Source of the DNA: Felis catus
Lineage: Eukaryota
Assembly (NCBI RefSeq): GCF_018350175.1
Contig: NC_058368.1
Coordinates: 126,854,001 to 126,918,000, forward strand
Reading direction: 5' to 3'
Length of the DNA stretch: 64,000 bases
Below are positions 14,404 through 27,622 of this stretch, piece after piece. How positions within the stretch are numbered: position 1 is the stretch's first letter; each line of letters begins with the position of its first letter. A program made the position numbers and the translations under genes. The notes beneath the pieces are model-generated. The model saw nothing but the letters and a program-made list of their open reading frames with translations. It was not told the DNA's origin and did not search any database.

Positions 14404-14627
14404 GGGGCGCCTGGGTGGCTCAGTTGGTTAAATGTCTGACTTCGGCTTGGGTCATGATATCACATTTTGTGAGTGTGAGCCCCACGTCGGGCTCTGTGCT
14501 GACAGCTCAGAGCTTGGAGCCTGCTTTGGCTTCTGTGTCTCCCTCTCTCTCTGCCACTCATGCTCTCCCTCTCTCCCCCACTCACGCTCTGTCTCTGTCT
14601 CTCTCTCAAAAATAAACATTAAAAAAA
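14404..14627 (+). mobile_element. CAN-SINE, felid type (SINEC_Fc-like)
   Basis: ggggcgcctgggtggctcagttggtt...ctgacagctcagagc...(CT)n aaaataaacattaaaa. Confidence 0.93.
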
Positions 14628-14703
14628 GACTTTGGTTAAAAATTCTGCTTATAATTACTAAAATTGTAAGTCGGAAGAAAGGAGACAAGTCTTATCAAAG
14701 TTA

Positions 14704-14925
<222 letters not shown>

Positions 14926-15746
14926 TCAGAATTTGCATATGACAATATGAATGCAGAGAATGAAAGAAATGAGAAACCACTGGGGTGTCTGGTGGCAAGG
15001 AATGGGAGTCCTACACTACTCATTTGTGCAGCCTCTTCTGCTCTGTAGGGTTTCTTGAAGCCCAGAAAAATACATGCAATCTACAGAAGGTTAGCAACCA
15101 GCAACCACTTTCATGGTGAAAAAAGGGATGATACGCCTACGGATAAGAAGTTAGCCCATGTTCTGAAGTTCTTTCTACTCCTTTGATTAGAAAGTGGCAC
15201 TTGGACTACGATGAAATCATTCAAGGTTGCTCACAGAGTACTTCAGAAACAGAGTATTCTGGCTAATTTTCCGCTGACCCAAGACACGTAATTCCTACCT
15301 TTGTGTGTAACAAACTTATAAGTCGTTGATGACCAGAGGTTTTCCTGTGTCTCGTAATCACTGTAAATAATATGCATTACAGAAAGTCATGGATATCTCT
15401 AAATAACACTGTGTACTGACATAAATGTATTTTTTTTCCATTTTGTGAGTGGAAAAAATCCTTTTGTACTAATAGCTTTTGTTAGTCACCTTTCCCTGCC
15501 TGCCACCAGACTGGAGAACTTCAGAAAATAAAACTAGAATTAAGAGGGTGAGCTGTCACTATTCTTAACTCCCAACTGCCAGAATGAGAAAACCCATTAC
15601 AGAACATCACTGCCAGCAGCACAGGAGGCTTCTCAGACATAAGGGGCAACAATAGGTTTTGAAACACAAGGTTCCATTTACCTGATACTCATCTCATTCT
15701 TATTCTTAAAAAACAACTTGCATCACATCTCTCTTTTTTCCTTTTA

Positions 15747-15914
<168 letters not shown>

Positions 15915-17057
15915 TTAAAGAAAGAAAGGAGACAGAAGATAAGCAAAGCCATTTTTTTTCTAAGTTTTTTGTATTCTTCACATTCTAAGATACTTTGGGT
16001 TTAAGAAGCATTTTTCTTCCACACCTCTGCTGGCCTTACCATTACAGGAAAATACCCAGGAGAGGATATACTAGTTAATGTATATTAACTAGTGGAAAGA
16101 GCAATGGAATCTTGGGAGTGAATTCTAATGCTACTGACACATGACAAATCATTTCACTCTGTGGACCTCTCAGCTATGGCTCTTCTCAAGTGGGAGAAGA
16201 GTTGGACCAGATGTTCTTGAGCCCCCTCTCCAGATCTGCCACAGGTAGCTTCATGAGCAGCAGAAAGTGACATCACTTTTAACACTGGCAACATCTTAAC
16301 AGCTTAAGTTGTCATGTTCCTGATAACTATGGACCATTACCCAATAATTCACAGAATGTAAGGATGATGTGATTTTGGACTGTACTCAAGAACAGTTTGG
16401 AACAAATGAACAATATACTAGATTTGTTCATGCTGCTTTTACTCATTTTCTTCCACAGTATAGCTTTGAAAGTCAAAGCTTTACTCATTTTTTCCATGTT
16501 ATTTTCTGAGTATCAAGAGACAGGTGTTCAGCTACCTACATAATAACTCCATGGTGAAGATTTTGCTGCTCCCTTAGGACTGCCCTGGACCTGTATGTTT
16601 TAGGCAGCAAGATCCTGCCTCTTTCTTGGTTCCTGTAAATAGCAGACCCAACTCTATAAGGCAGTCATTAAAGAAAATTGGTGTGTTATTCTGTTTCCAC
16701 TTACGCCACTGTAAACACCAAAAGCACATGTATTTGATCTTTTTTCTGACTAATGTATGGGAAATACACATTCTTTTCTAAGAAAGAGTCATTGCTACTC
16801 AATGACTATTTAAAGGAACTAGGAAGGAGAAGAGACGTTCAGGACATACATCTATTGTGAAATCCTATGAATTTACTTGTACTATAGACCTACAAATTTA
16901 TACATGTAAATTTTTGCTCTGAAACTACAGGAATAGAGAGGTCTAGAATACCAAAGAGTAGGTGTGTATGTTCTCTTTTGGGGGGATAAAACAATAGTGT
17001 TCATTCATTCATTCAGATAGTATCTGGTCAGATCTGACTTTTAAATTGTCTCTAAAC

Positions 17058-17253
17058 GGGGTGCCTGGGTGGTTCACTCTCTTAAGCATCTGGCTTCAGT
17101 TCAGGTCATGATCTCACAGTTCGTGGGTTCGAGCCCCACATCAGGCTCTGTGCTAACAGCTCAGAGCCTGGAGCTTCCTTCAGATTCTGTGTCTCCCTCT
17201 CTCTGCCCCTCCCATCTCCTTCATGCTCTTTCTCGAAAATAAACATTAAAAAA
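17058..17253 (+). mobile_element. CAN-SINE, felid type
   Basis: ggggtgcctgggtgg head, 'cagctcagagcctggagc', tail aaaataaacattaaaaa. Confidence 0.92.
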
Positions 17254-20200
17254 TTTTTTTAAATAGTTTCTGAAACTCTAACTATGAACATTTATCTATA
17301 AGTGGTTAAATATATAAAAATAAAAAAGAAATTAATACTATATAGGATTTTAGCACCTGGTATTATTGTTTGTATAGTAGAATCCTATTAAATAAATATA
17401 TATTGAAAGGAAGGCAAATGTTTTTTGACTGGACAAATAATGCCCAATTAATCTTTTATGGTTCTTTTAAGGGAATAAATACACATGCAGATAAGAGGCA
17501 TTAATACATGAACTGACTCAGGCTTACAAAAACCCAGACTGACTAATAAACCTCATGAAGAAAGAAACAAGAAGTTAAGGCTGTGAGCCTGCAGAAGAAC
17601 AAGGTGAGCAGCTGTTAGTTTAAGGAAGAGGATGGTCTGTGGTATAGACGCTACAACAAAGAGTCTCAACTCTAATCTATCTAAAGATGCTCTTTCACAT
17701 AGAAGGTGGTCCAAGAGCCTTGGAATGAGAATCCAGACTGGACAGAAAGCAATGAAAAGACTCCTTACTGAGTGGATCTCCCCCACTGCCTCTCCAGTTT
17801 TGGGGCTGTTGACAGAAAGGCGGTGGATACTGTTGCAACTGAATCTCAGGGCAGTCATTTAACTTTCTACTCTTCCTTGGGGCTGAAGGCACGTGGTAAC
17901 ATCTAACGAAAGATTTTGCAGCTCCTGAGAAGTTTATTTGCCAAAGATGCTACCATAGTACTTCTACATAGAGTCCTTGAAAGTTCAGGAATCATCAGAA
18001 AGTTGCCTTCATACTATGCTCTAAGGTACAGTAGTACAGAGGCAGAGATAGGGTCCAGAGTAAGAAAATACGTTATAGAACATTTCTGTTGAAACCTGTT
18101 CATCTTCAAAGCCCAGTACAAGTCCATGAAGCCTTTCCTAATTACCACAGGTGGAACTGCTCACTTTCTGCTGTAAACTCCTTTATACTTTGTACCACTC
18201 ATTTGGCACTAATCACATTCCAGTTTATTTGTCATCATCTCTGTGCATGTCTTAACAGTCTCTTCCATAGACCTCCCAACCCACTTAAGAGACTTAAGAC
18301 CCTATATAAAATGAAAAGTTATTCATCTGATGTGCATGGTTCTCTGGTTTATCCTGGCACTTCTAAACAACATATTTCTCCTTGAAATGGGGGAGGAAGT
18401 GGTAGTTTTATTTTCTAGCTGCCAAGGACAAAGGATTATAACTGTTTGATTCACTCAATTCATTCACTCTCTACGTCCATAACCTGTATTATTTTTCTCC
18501 ACCAAACTAGTGCTATCAGATAGTCACGTGTTATAGTCCTTTTTTTTTTCCAGCCAAATGAAAGCTTTTCACAGCCAGACCACTGTCTTGCTCACCCATA
18601 TATCCCTAGTGCCTAGAACACTATTTGGCACATAGTAGACTCTCAATATTTTTTTGTTGGCTAAAATAACAATCTCTGTAGTATTTCTATATAATCACAC
18701 TTCATGAAAATGAATTTATCCTTGTTTTGAAAGTGTTATATTTAAGCAGAAAATAACTTTTTATATATAACCCACAGATAGGGCTATGGAAAGCTTATTT
18801 TAAAATGAGACTAGAGAAATAAAAGTGTGTGTGCACTGGTAGCTAAATCTAGCTCCAGTTTAATATAGTGAAACGCTTCTGCTCTTGGAAATCAAAACCA
18901 TATGCTTTGAACACATGACTAATGTGACTAAATCTTTTCCCCTAGAGCTTAGGCATCTTTGCTATAAACCCGAATTACTTGTTTTCCAAGTAAAATTTAA
19001 TACTATATATATTCTGCACCTCTGACAACGCTTTATTGTTTGAGAAAAGAATGCTGTGAAGTCAAATGCTTTGTTAGGATAAATACTCTCCAGCATGTTA
19101 TATTCAAAACCATATGATGCTATTTACATTTTGTGAGTTTATTTACATGTACTGTCCTTGAAAAAGACTTACACAGCTTCTCTCCCTGGAATTTCAACTT
19201 CTTAAAATCCTACTCAGATTCCTCTACTCCCCCATATCATTTACAAAACATAACCATCTGCGCCAGGTAGAAATGATGTCTCTATTTTCAAAACCTCCAG
19301 CCTGTTAACAATGAATGTATGTATCATTACTATCAAATGATGGAAATTATTGTCACAACTAAGAAGCAGAGGAAAGTCTGGACTGGGAAGCAGCCAGGTG
19401 AGTTCCAGAAAGAACTCTTCTTCCAGAAGGGGCCATGCAAACTCACCGTGCCTCTAGCCTCCTTAAAATAGGACACATGACCTCCCAGCTATGGGTTTAT
19501 AAATGCATAAATTACAAGAAACAGATTCAACCCTGGGCTTTGGACAAGTTGGTAGCACCAGCTCCAAGGTGAGAGCTGAGAGTGGGCTTGTGTGAGCCAC
19601 TGAGGGTCAATCAATCCATGAAAACAACAAGAAACTTACACTGTCTATAAAAAAGGGTTTGCGGCAAACTAAAAATAATCACATAATTTTGATAGAGTAT
19701 TTCATAAAGCTTTTTATTATAAGTTTACAAGTTATGAGAGGGACTCCTTTATAGAGCACTGTGAAGTTAAAACTTACTTCTTGTCACCGTTACTTGCTAA
19801 GCCTCTTCTGTGTCCTGAAATAAAATGCCTGCTGGCATGACCCCTAGTCAAAAGCTAACTAAGGGAGTGAATTCTCGCAAGGACCTGGGGCCCTGATCAA
19901 CCCTGGGATACCTTCCTGTACCAGGTGATGATGCTGATTCATTCACTCAGGAATAACACAGCCTCCTCACACTCCATTGTCAAGAAAACATCAGCAGTCC
20001 AAAGCTGCCCTGGGAGCTGTTAACCTCCCAGTGTTGCTGAGGTCTCACAGAAGGGAGATCCTCATGCCATCATGGAGTGACAGAGTACTTCCAGAAGCAG
20101 GACCAGGTGCCCTTCCCCCTTGGGCAAGTCATCAGTGAGATGACCTTAAAACAGACACCACCCTTGGCTGCTGTCACCATGTTTATAATTATCCCCTAAA

Positions 20201-21355
20201 TGTGACCGTTATCTATCTCACGGGGTCTCAGGCTTTGGAGGGCATCAGATTCATCTGTGTACTGAAGCCTCACTAGCTTAAATTTCAGACTCCATGGGTA
20301 CCCTAATGCCTGCCAGAGCCCTCCAGTGCCAGCCTAAGCCCCTGTGACCTTAGAGGGTCTACAAGAGAGAATAATAGAGCTGGTTCTCACTTTTCTTTAA
20401 AAAATTATCAGAGTACTTGGAGACTTTATTATCAGTTGTTTCAATTAATTTGTTCTCTAATCTCTTCTTAATTGTGATGTTAGAATAAGAGAACATACAA
20501 TACTGTATAAAGTAGAATGCAAAGGTAATACACCAGTCTGTATTTCTGGTGTTAATTTAAAGGAAAAATGCATACCTTTTTAAAGGCAGACATTAAAACA
20601 AAAATTTTATGTATTAAAAATTTGTAAAATTAGGAACATAACAAGACATGCCTAAGAATCCAAATAATCATGTCAGCTTAAGGAAAAGTGCCAGCATACA
20701 GTAAGCTGTACTGTATGACCTCTCTGCTCTTCTCAGCACAGTCAACCCTCAGCACTGATACTATAAACTCATATACCTGCATCTAATGTGTATTAATATT
20801 AAGATGTTAATACTTAGTAATGCTTTGATGACTCTTAAAAGCACCCCATCATAGGTTCTCATAAGATAGCTGGAACATGAAATGTTAGTCTGCCTAAACC
20901 TGGGTAAATAACTTCATAAACCAGACTTCTAAAATGTACTTGAATAACCACACCTCTCAGGAAATCCATGACTTTCCCAATCCTCTTACATATCAATGAG
21001 TCACTAAGGTGTATTTTGTTACAAAGTAGTCCAGAGGTGAATTGAGATACAAAAATTGATACAATTTTAAAGATCTAAGTTAAATCTCTCAAACTAAGGC
21101 TACACTTAAATTGTCTCTTTAAATCTGGCTGCAGCAAAGTATAGGAAATAAATGGGGAATGAAAAGATGCCACAGTTTGACTTCTTTAGTCATGAGAAGG
21201 CTATTATCTACAAACTCCTAGAAAAAAAAGAAAAGATTTTTCACAGATATAAAAAAAAACTCTTAACAACTTTGAATTTATTTTTTTGTATATAAAAGTA
21301 AATTTATAACACTAATTTACCTGTTGTGGGAGGAAATTAAATAATAGTATATTTA

Positions 21356-21594
21356 TTTTTTTTATTTTTTTTAATATTTTTTTTTCTTCAACGTTTTTAT
21401 TTATTTTTGGGACAGAGAGAGACAGAGCATGAACGGGAGAGGGGCAGAGAGAGAGGGAGATGCAGAATCGGAAACAGGCTCCAGGCTCCGAGCCATCAGC
21501 CCAGAGCCTGACGCGGGGCTCGAACTCACGGACCGTGAGATCCGTGACCTGGCTGAAGTCGGACGCTTAAACGACTGCGCCACCCAGGCGCCCC
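21356..21594 (-). mobile_element. Young felid CAN-SINE with perfect TSD
   Basis: CpG-rich, close to consensus; TSD aaataatagtatattta at 21339-21355 and 21595-21611. Confidence 0.96.
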
Positions 21595-22353
21595 AAATAA
21601 TAGTATATTTAAATCATTTACTAATTAATTTCAATTACCCAAAGAACAGAATTTCTGTAAAACTAAAACCTCTTTTCAAAGTCATAGCTCAAGCACTACC
21701 TAAACATTCCCTACCAAGGTTTTCTATGCAGCTGTGTGTCAGACATGTCCATATTAGACAGTCTCTACCACTCCTCCTATTTATAAATTCAGCGACAACT
21801 TAGTTGTTGAGGTGTCACGAGAAAAAAAATTAATGGTTAAAAATATTTAAATAAAAGAGAAATCAGAAGAGACAGTACATCAGAGATGTTCCTATAGCCC
21901 TCCAGAGAAGATGGAAAAAGGAAGGGAGGTGGGAGTGGTGGTGGTGGAGAGGAGCAATCACAGCCTTTGAAGAGGATTCAGTGACAATCTCCATAAAGTA
22001 AAGAAGGTTTAACATGAATTCTCACAAGTTTTCCTGTTTTTATTTAAACAGGAAGACAATACAACTATCTGAATCTTTCTGCAAACTTCCACTTCTGATT
22101 ACCTTTGTCTACTGACAAAATATTTCTAGAGAAGTACTGGAATGATGTTTTCCAAACATGACATGTATGTGCCTCCTGGGATAGAATGATCATTTTTAGA
22201 GCTGGTTTACATTAACACACACTATCAATAAAATGTGTATTTACACATCTCAAAAGAACATTGTGGCTCTGGAAACATCCCAAGTTTATAAAGACCCTCA
22301 TTCAGTCTCAAATGTACAAAGGAAAGTTTTTTTTTTTGAAAAAATAAATTTTA

Positions 22354-22488
<135 letters not shown>

Positions 22489-22677
22489 TTATTACTCTAC
22501 AATAATACAAATTAAAAGTATATACAAATGTGAAATTACTTCCTAGAATTTGATGGAAAACAAAATGAAGCTTCAAAATATTTAACAGCTTATTGTAGAA
22601 GTATTTAAGATGTTTAAGGATATTGTGAAAATGTACATAAAATTAATGACAAGAGTGATTATTTTCTTTCATTCAAA

Positions 22678-22917
22678 CCAGGAACTCCTAATCTCAGCAG
22701 AATTGACATTTGGTTCCAGATTAATTCTTTGTTGTGGGATGCTATCCTGTGCATTGTAGTACTGTTAACAGGATCCCTGACCTCTATCCATGAGACACCA
22801 GTACCATCTATTGTCAGGTTGTGACAGACAACAATTATCTCCACATATTGCCAAATGTCCTTGGGGGATCAGGGTAGGAGGAAAAAGGAAGAACCACCCC
22901 TCAGTTGAGAACCACTC
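22678..22917 (-). mobile_element. MER20 (hAT-Charlie MITE)
   Basis: 'attgacatttgg...aattctttgttgtggg...cctgtgcattgtag...attgccaaatgtcc...gttgagaaccact' is the reverse of MER20. Confidence 0.88.
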
Positions 22918-23428
22918 ACTCAAATGGTGAGGTATGAACACAATTATACAATGAAAACAATCTGAGCTAAAAAATACATTAGCAAAAGGGAATCTTTTCC
23001 CCAAATGATTAAGGAAATCAAATTGTCTTAATTAGCATTCAATGGAACGCATTCTTAAAATCAGGAAGAATTAAAGATGTGTTTCTGAAAAATTCTACGA
23101 AAAATATCAAAGCACTGCCTACATTTTATAAGTAATAATCATCCTTTCAACTATAAATACAAAAGCCATCAGACTAAATTTCAAAAAACTAATAATTGAA
23201 ACTGAATAAGCCAGATGTACTTTATGGAATGTTCACTAGGTCATTTCAAAGCAGTATCACAAACACATGAATCCCTAAATCTCTGACTAACTCATACAGG
23301 CAAAATTCATCAAAGACTGAACTGTTTATTGACAACAAATCTTCCCCCTGTAACTCAACATACTACCAATGAAGCCAATTATTTCCTGCCCTGCATACCC
23401 TTCAGTATAAATGTTTAAGAGATGCTTA

Positions 23429-23659
<231 letters not shown>

Positions 23660-24424
23660 TCACATTTTGGTTTTACATAAAAAGATTTTCGAGTGTGTTA
23701 ACAGCAAAACCATACCCAATACCACCTATGGATAACCCAGAAATGGAAAGAGCACTCTTGCAGTGTCTAGTGAAGAAAACGGAACAATTTGAGAATATCC
23801 AAGGACGTTGGGGAAAAAACCAGGGTAGGGTTGTCCTGTTGGGGCCCAACATTTGCTTTCCTCAAGAGGAATACTGTTGGGAATGAGCTGCCAACTATAA
23901 AAATGTGTGTTCCATATCATGAAAGCAGCTTCAATCCAGTATTCTTGCCTTAGCTAGTGGATCACACCAACTGGAACTCAAAATGGTCTCTAGAGCTGGA
24001 CTGTGCCAGGCCAGTACCGAGGGATCTACAGCCTCAACTCCTCATTTATATCCTAATTCTCAGCTGGGGCAAAAGCTCAACAAGAGTGGGAAGCGGACAC
24101 GGAGAAGAGAGCAGTACAAAAAACAATGACTGAAGAAAATACAATTTAAGGTAAGTCAGCAACAAGAAGTTTATTCATTTTTTAGTTAGCACTCCATTCT
24201 TGCTGCAAGAAGTCATGTAGATTTTTAAAAATCATGCTTGAATTTTCCCACATGACCTCTTCTTCTTAGTGGAAAAACAATAACAAAATTGGTTTAGTTG
24301 TATTTGACCCCACACTCTAACCTTTGTTATCATGTGTCCCTTGATATGGGGCAAATAAGAAAAAAGTATCAAAATAAGCAAAAGAGGGTGACTAGTAAAG
24401 AAGATTAAACACAAGCACATTTCA

Positions 24425-24586
<162 letters not shown>

Positions 24587-25014
24587 TTAAATAAAGATTG
24601 AAAAAATTATGAGGCAGAAGTAGAACACAATCAATGAGCATGGTCATTTAAACATTACTGACTTTAGCAAAAATAATGTTAAGTTAACAAAAAAGATTCA
24701 TTTTAAATGCAATGGATGCACCGTGTAAGTACAGGCAAACTTTAGGTAAACCCACTTAAATGTACTGAAAACTGCATAGTATGGCTTAACCTAATGACTT
24801 TGACAATACAACGTTACTTACATGCCTTGACTACCAATCTCAAGGCATTTCTTTTATAGATAAAATCTGTTCACAAAACCTTAACTATTCTGAAACCCAA
24901 AAGATATAAAAGATTTCTAAATCTTTAAGCTTGAATAATCAAACGTAGATGTAAAAAAGTAAGAAACATATAACCAAACCACCTGTCTAAATCCACATAT
25001 TAATAATACCCAAA

Positions 25015-25232
25015 TTATTTATTTACTTACTTATATTTAACATTTATTCAGTTTTGAGAGAGAGAGCGCGAGCGGAGTGGGGCAGAGAGAAGGGAAGACA
25101 CAAAATCTGAAGCAGGCTCTAGGCTCTGAGCTGTCAGCACAGGGCCTGATGGGGGGCTTGAAACAATGAACCATGAGATCATGACCTGAGACAAAGTCGA
25201 TCACTTAACTGACTGAGCCACCCAGACACCCC
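25015..25232 (-). mobile_element. CAN-SINE, felid type
   Basis: 'ggctctgagctgtcagcacag...tgactgagccacccagacacccc'; TSD core aatacccaaa. Confidence 0.92.
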
Positions 25233-25341
25233 AATACCCAAAAAATTTATAAAGAACTTTATAAAGTACTTTCCCACCTTCCAAAAGAAAGTAACCCCAC
25301 AAATTAATGAACTAGTCCATCTATTTAAAAGAGAATCTATC

Positions 25342-25567
25342 GGGGCGCCTGGGTGGCTCAGTCGGTTAAGTGTCCGACTTCGGCTCAGGTCACGATCTCA
25401 TGGTCCGTGAGTTCGAGCCCCGCGTCAGGCTCTGGGCTGATGGCTCAGAGCCTGGAGCCTGCTTCCGATTCTGTGTCTCCCTCTCTCTCTGCCCCTCCCC
25501 CGTTCATGCTCTGTCTCTCTCTGTCTCGAAAATAAATAAACGTTAAAAAAATTTAAAAAATAAAAAT
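25342..25567 (+). mobile_element. Young felid CAN-SINE with perfect TSD
   Basis: CpG-rich; TSD aaaagagaatctatc at 25327-25341 and 25568-25582, at a TT/AAAA L1-endonuclease site. Confidence 0.96.
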
Positions 25568-25634
25568 AAAAGAGAATCTATCAAAATTTATTAAAAAGCA
25601 TCCCTGCATAATAAGATCACAGTCCTTAAAATCA

Positions 25635-25814
<180 letters not shown>

Positions 25815-27167
25815 TTAAGAAATTTAGAAAATGTTCTACATTTACTATGAATTCAATGTGAGTTAATACTTTTTAATCATAACATCCGTAACTGAACAGG
25901 TTTTAATTAATCATTGTATGTTCCAGAAAATGTTTTCAAGAAACACTTCTTTTAGAGAAGTTGAGTATTTACAATTGATGTGGACTTACTATGTATGATA
26001 CCCTTAAGCACAAAATTGAGCAAGTACATCCCACTGCAAAATAATTAACATCAAATGTATTGAGTGGTTACTACTTGGATAGAATGTCATAGTAAATTTT
26101 TTTGCAAGACTTATGATAGCAGAGTTGGATAAAGCAAAACATATTGGTTATTTCAACTGTTCATCAACTCCGTCCCTATTTGAAATCACTTAGTGGCTTA
26201 GAAATTGCTCTTGCCCACTAAGTATTCCAGTTTTAATACCTACTTTGAAAAGGAAGGAACTTCATACAGAAATATCATAAAAACAGCACTGGGTGAACCT
26301 AAGGGCTTAGTGAAATGGGTCATAATGTAAGGATAAACACAATATATTTGAATGGCTTAGATTGTTTCTGTTATTTTATATTTTCTGTACCATAGTGAGA
26401 TAACGGTTATGATATAACAAGGGGAGCACAGAGAACCACCAATAGCATGTGATAAATAATTGTCAGATTCAACTGTTATTTTCAAATAAAAGACCTAAGT
26501 AGATGCCTCAGTTTACTCATCCACTATTTCAAGGCAGTGAGCTCCTCTAACTCATCCTTGCACATAGCATGTGTTCAATAAATGTCTGTTTAGTGAAAAT
26601 GCTAATTATGTTACAGCAATTTTGTTTCGAAAGTACATTCAAATCAAGGATATGTTCACACTACTGACTTTCACCAACTGAATTTTCTTTCTGTGGATGT
26701 AGGGTGGGGTGGTCTACAAAGGATTCTCAACTATTCTCCACTATTATTATCAGCAAGCTTTTCTTTAGCAGTTGTAGTTTATTTAGAGCTTGGTGTTCAT
26801 TAGACTGTAACTCACTGATGGCAAGGACCTTTTCTAATTTATCATTACCAGTGCCCAGCAATGTCTGGCATTTAACAAGAACTTGTTGAATGCATGCATA
26901 GATTTCTCTATAAAATACATTTTACATTTAGTGCTTTGAAAAAATTGGCAATATACAACTTGAATCCAGAGAATCCCTGAACTTCTGAATAAAAGTAAAA
27001 AAAATGTACTTTATCACCTTAGATTTCAAAGCTTAGAAGCTCAGATAGTCAAGTTACTAACAGGATGAATGAAAACAAATGGAATTCTTAGCACTTGTGT
27101 GGTTTCCAAAATGAGTTAGTGCCCCCAATCTACTTCCAAAAACAAACACCACAAAAGAAAACTTTTA

Positions 27168-27410
<243 letters not shown>

Positions 27411-27411
27411 T

Positions 27412-27622
27412 CAGTGCCATCCAATAGAACTTTCTATAATGTTGGAAAGTTCTAGAATCTGAGATGTCCCTTACAGTAGCTACTAATCCTATGCATTTAT
27501 CAAGCACTTGCAATGTACCTAGTGAAAACGAGGAGCTGAATTTTGAACTTTATTTCATTGTAAATTAATTTAAATTTAAATAGCCACATGTGGCTAGTGG
27601 CTACCATACTGGACCACACAGA
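27412..27622 (+). mobile_element. MER3-like hAT MITE
   Basis: 'tccaatagaactttct...ttaatttaaatttaaatagccacatgtggctagtggctaccatactggac'. Confidence 0.85.

Noticed and set aside
16070..16093. 10-bp perfect inverted repeat actagttaat/attaactagt
   Set aside because: Short AT-rich hairpin, plausible by chance in 64 kb and too small for a pre-miRNA.
19390..19450. Consensus-like splice donors on both strands
   Set aside because: No matching acceptor or PDE4-like frame found; treated as pseudo-sites.
25342..25425. tRNA-like A/B box sequence
   Set aside because: This is the tRNA-derived head of a CAN-SINE, followed by the SINE body, tail and TSD; it is not a tRNA gene.
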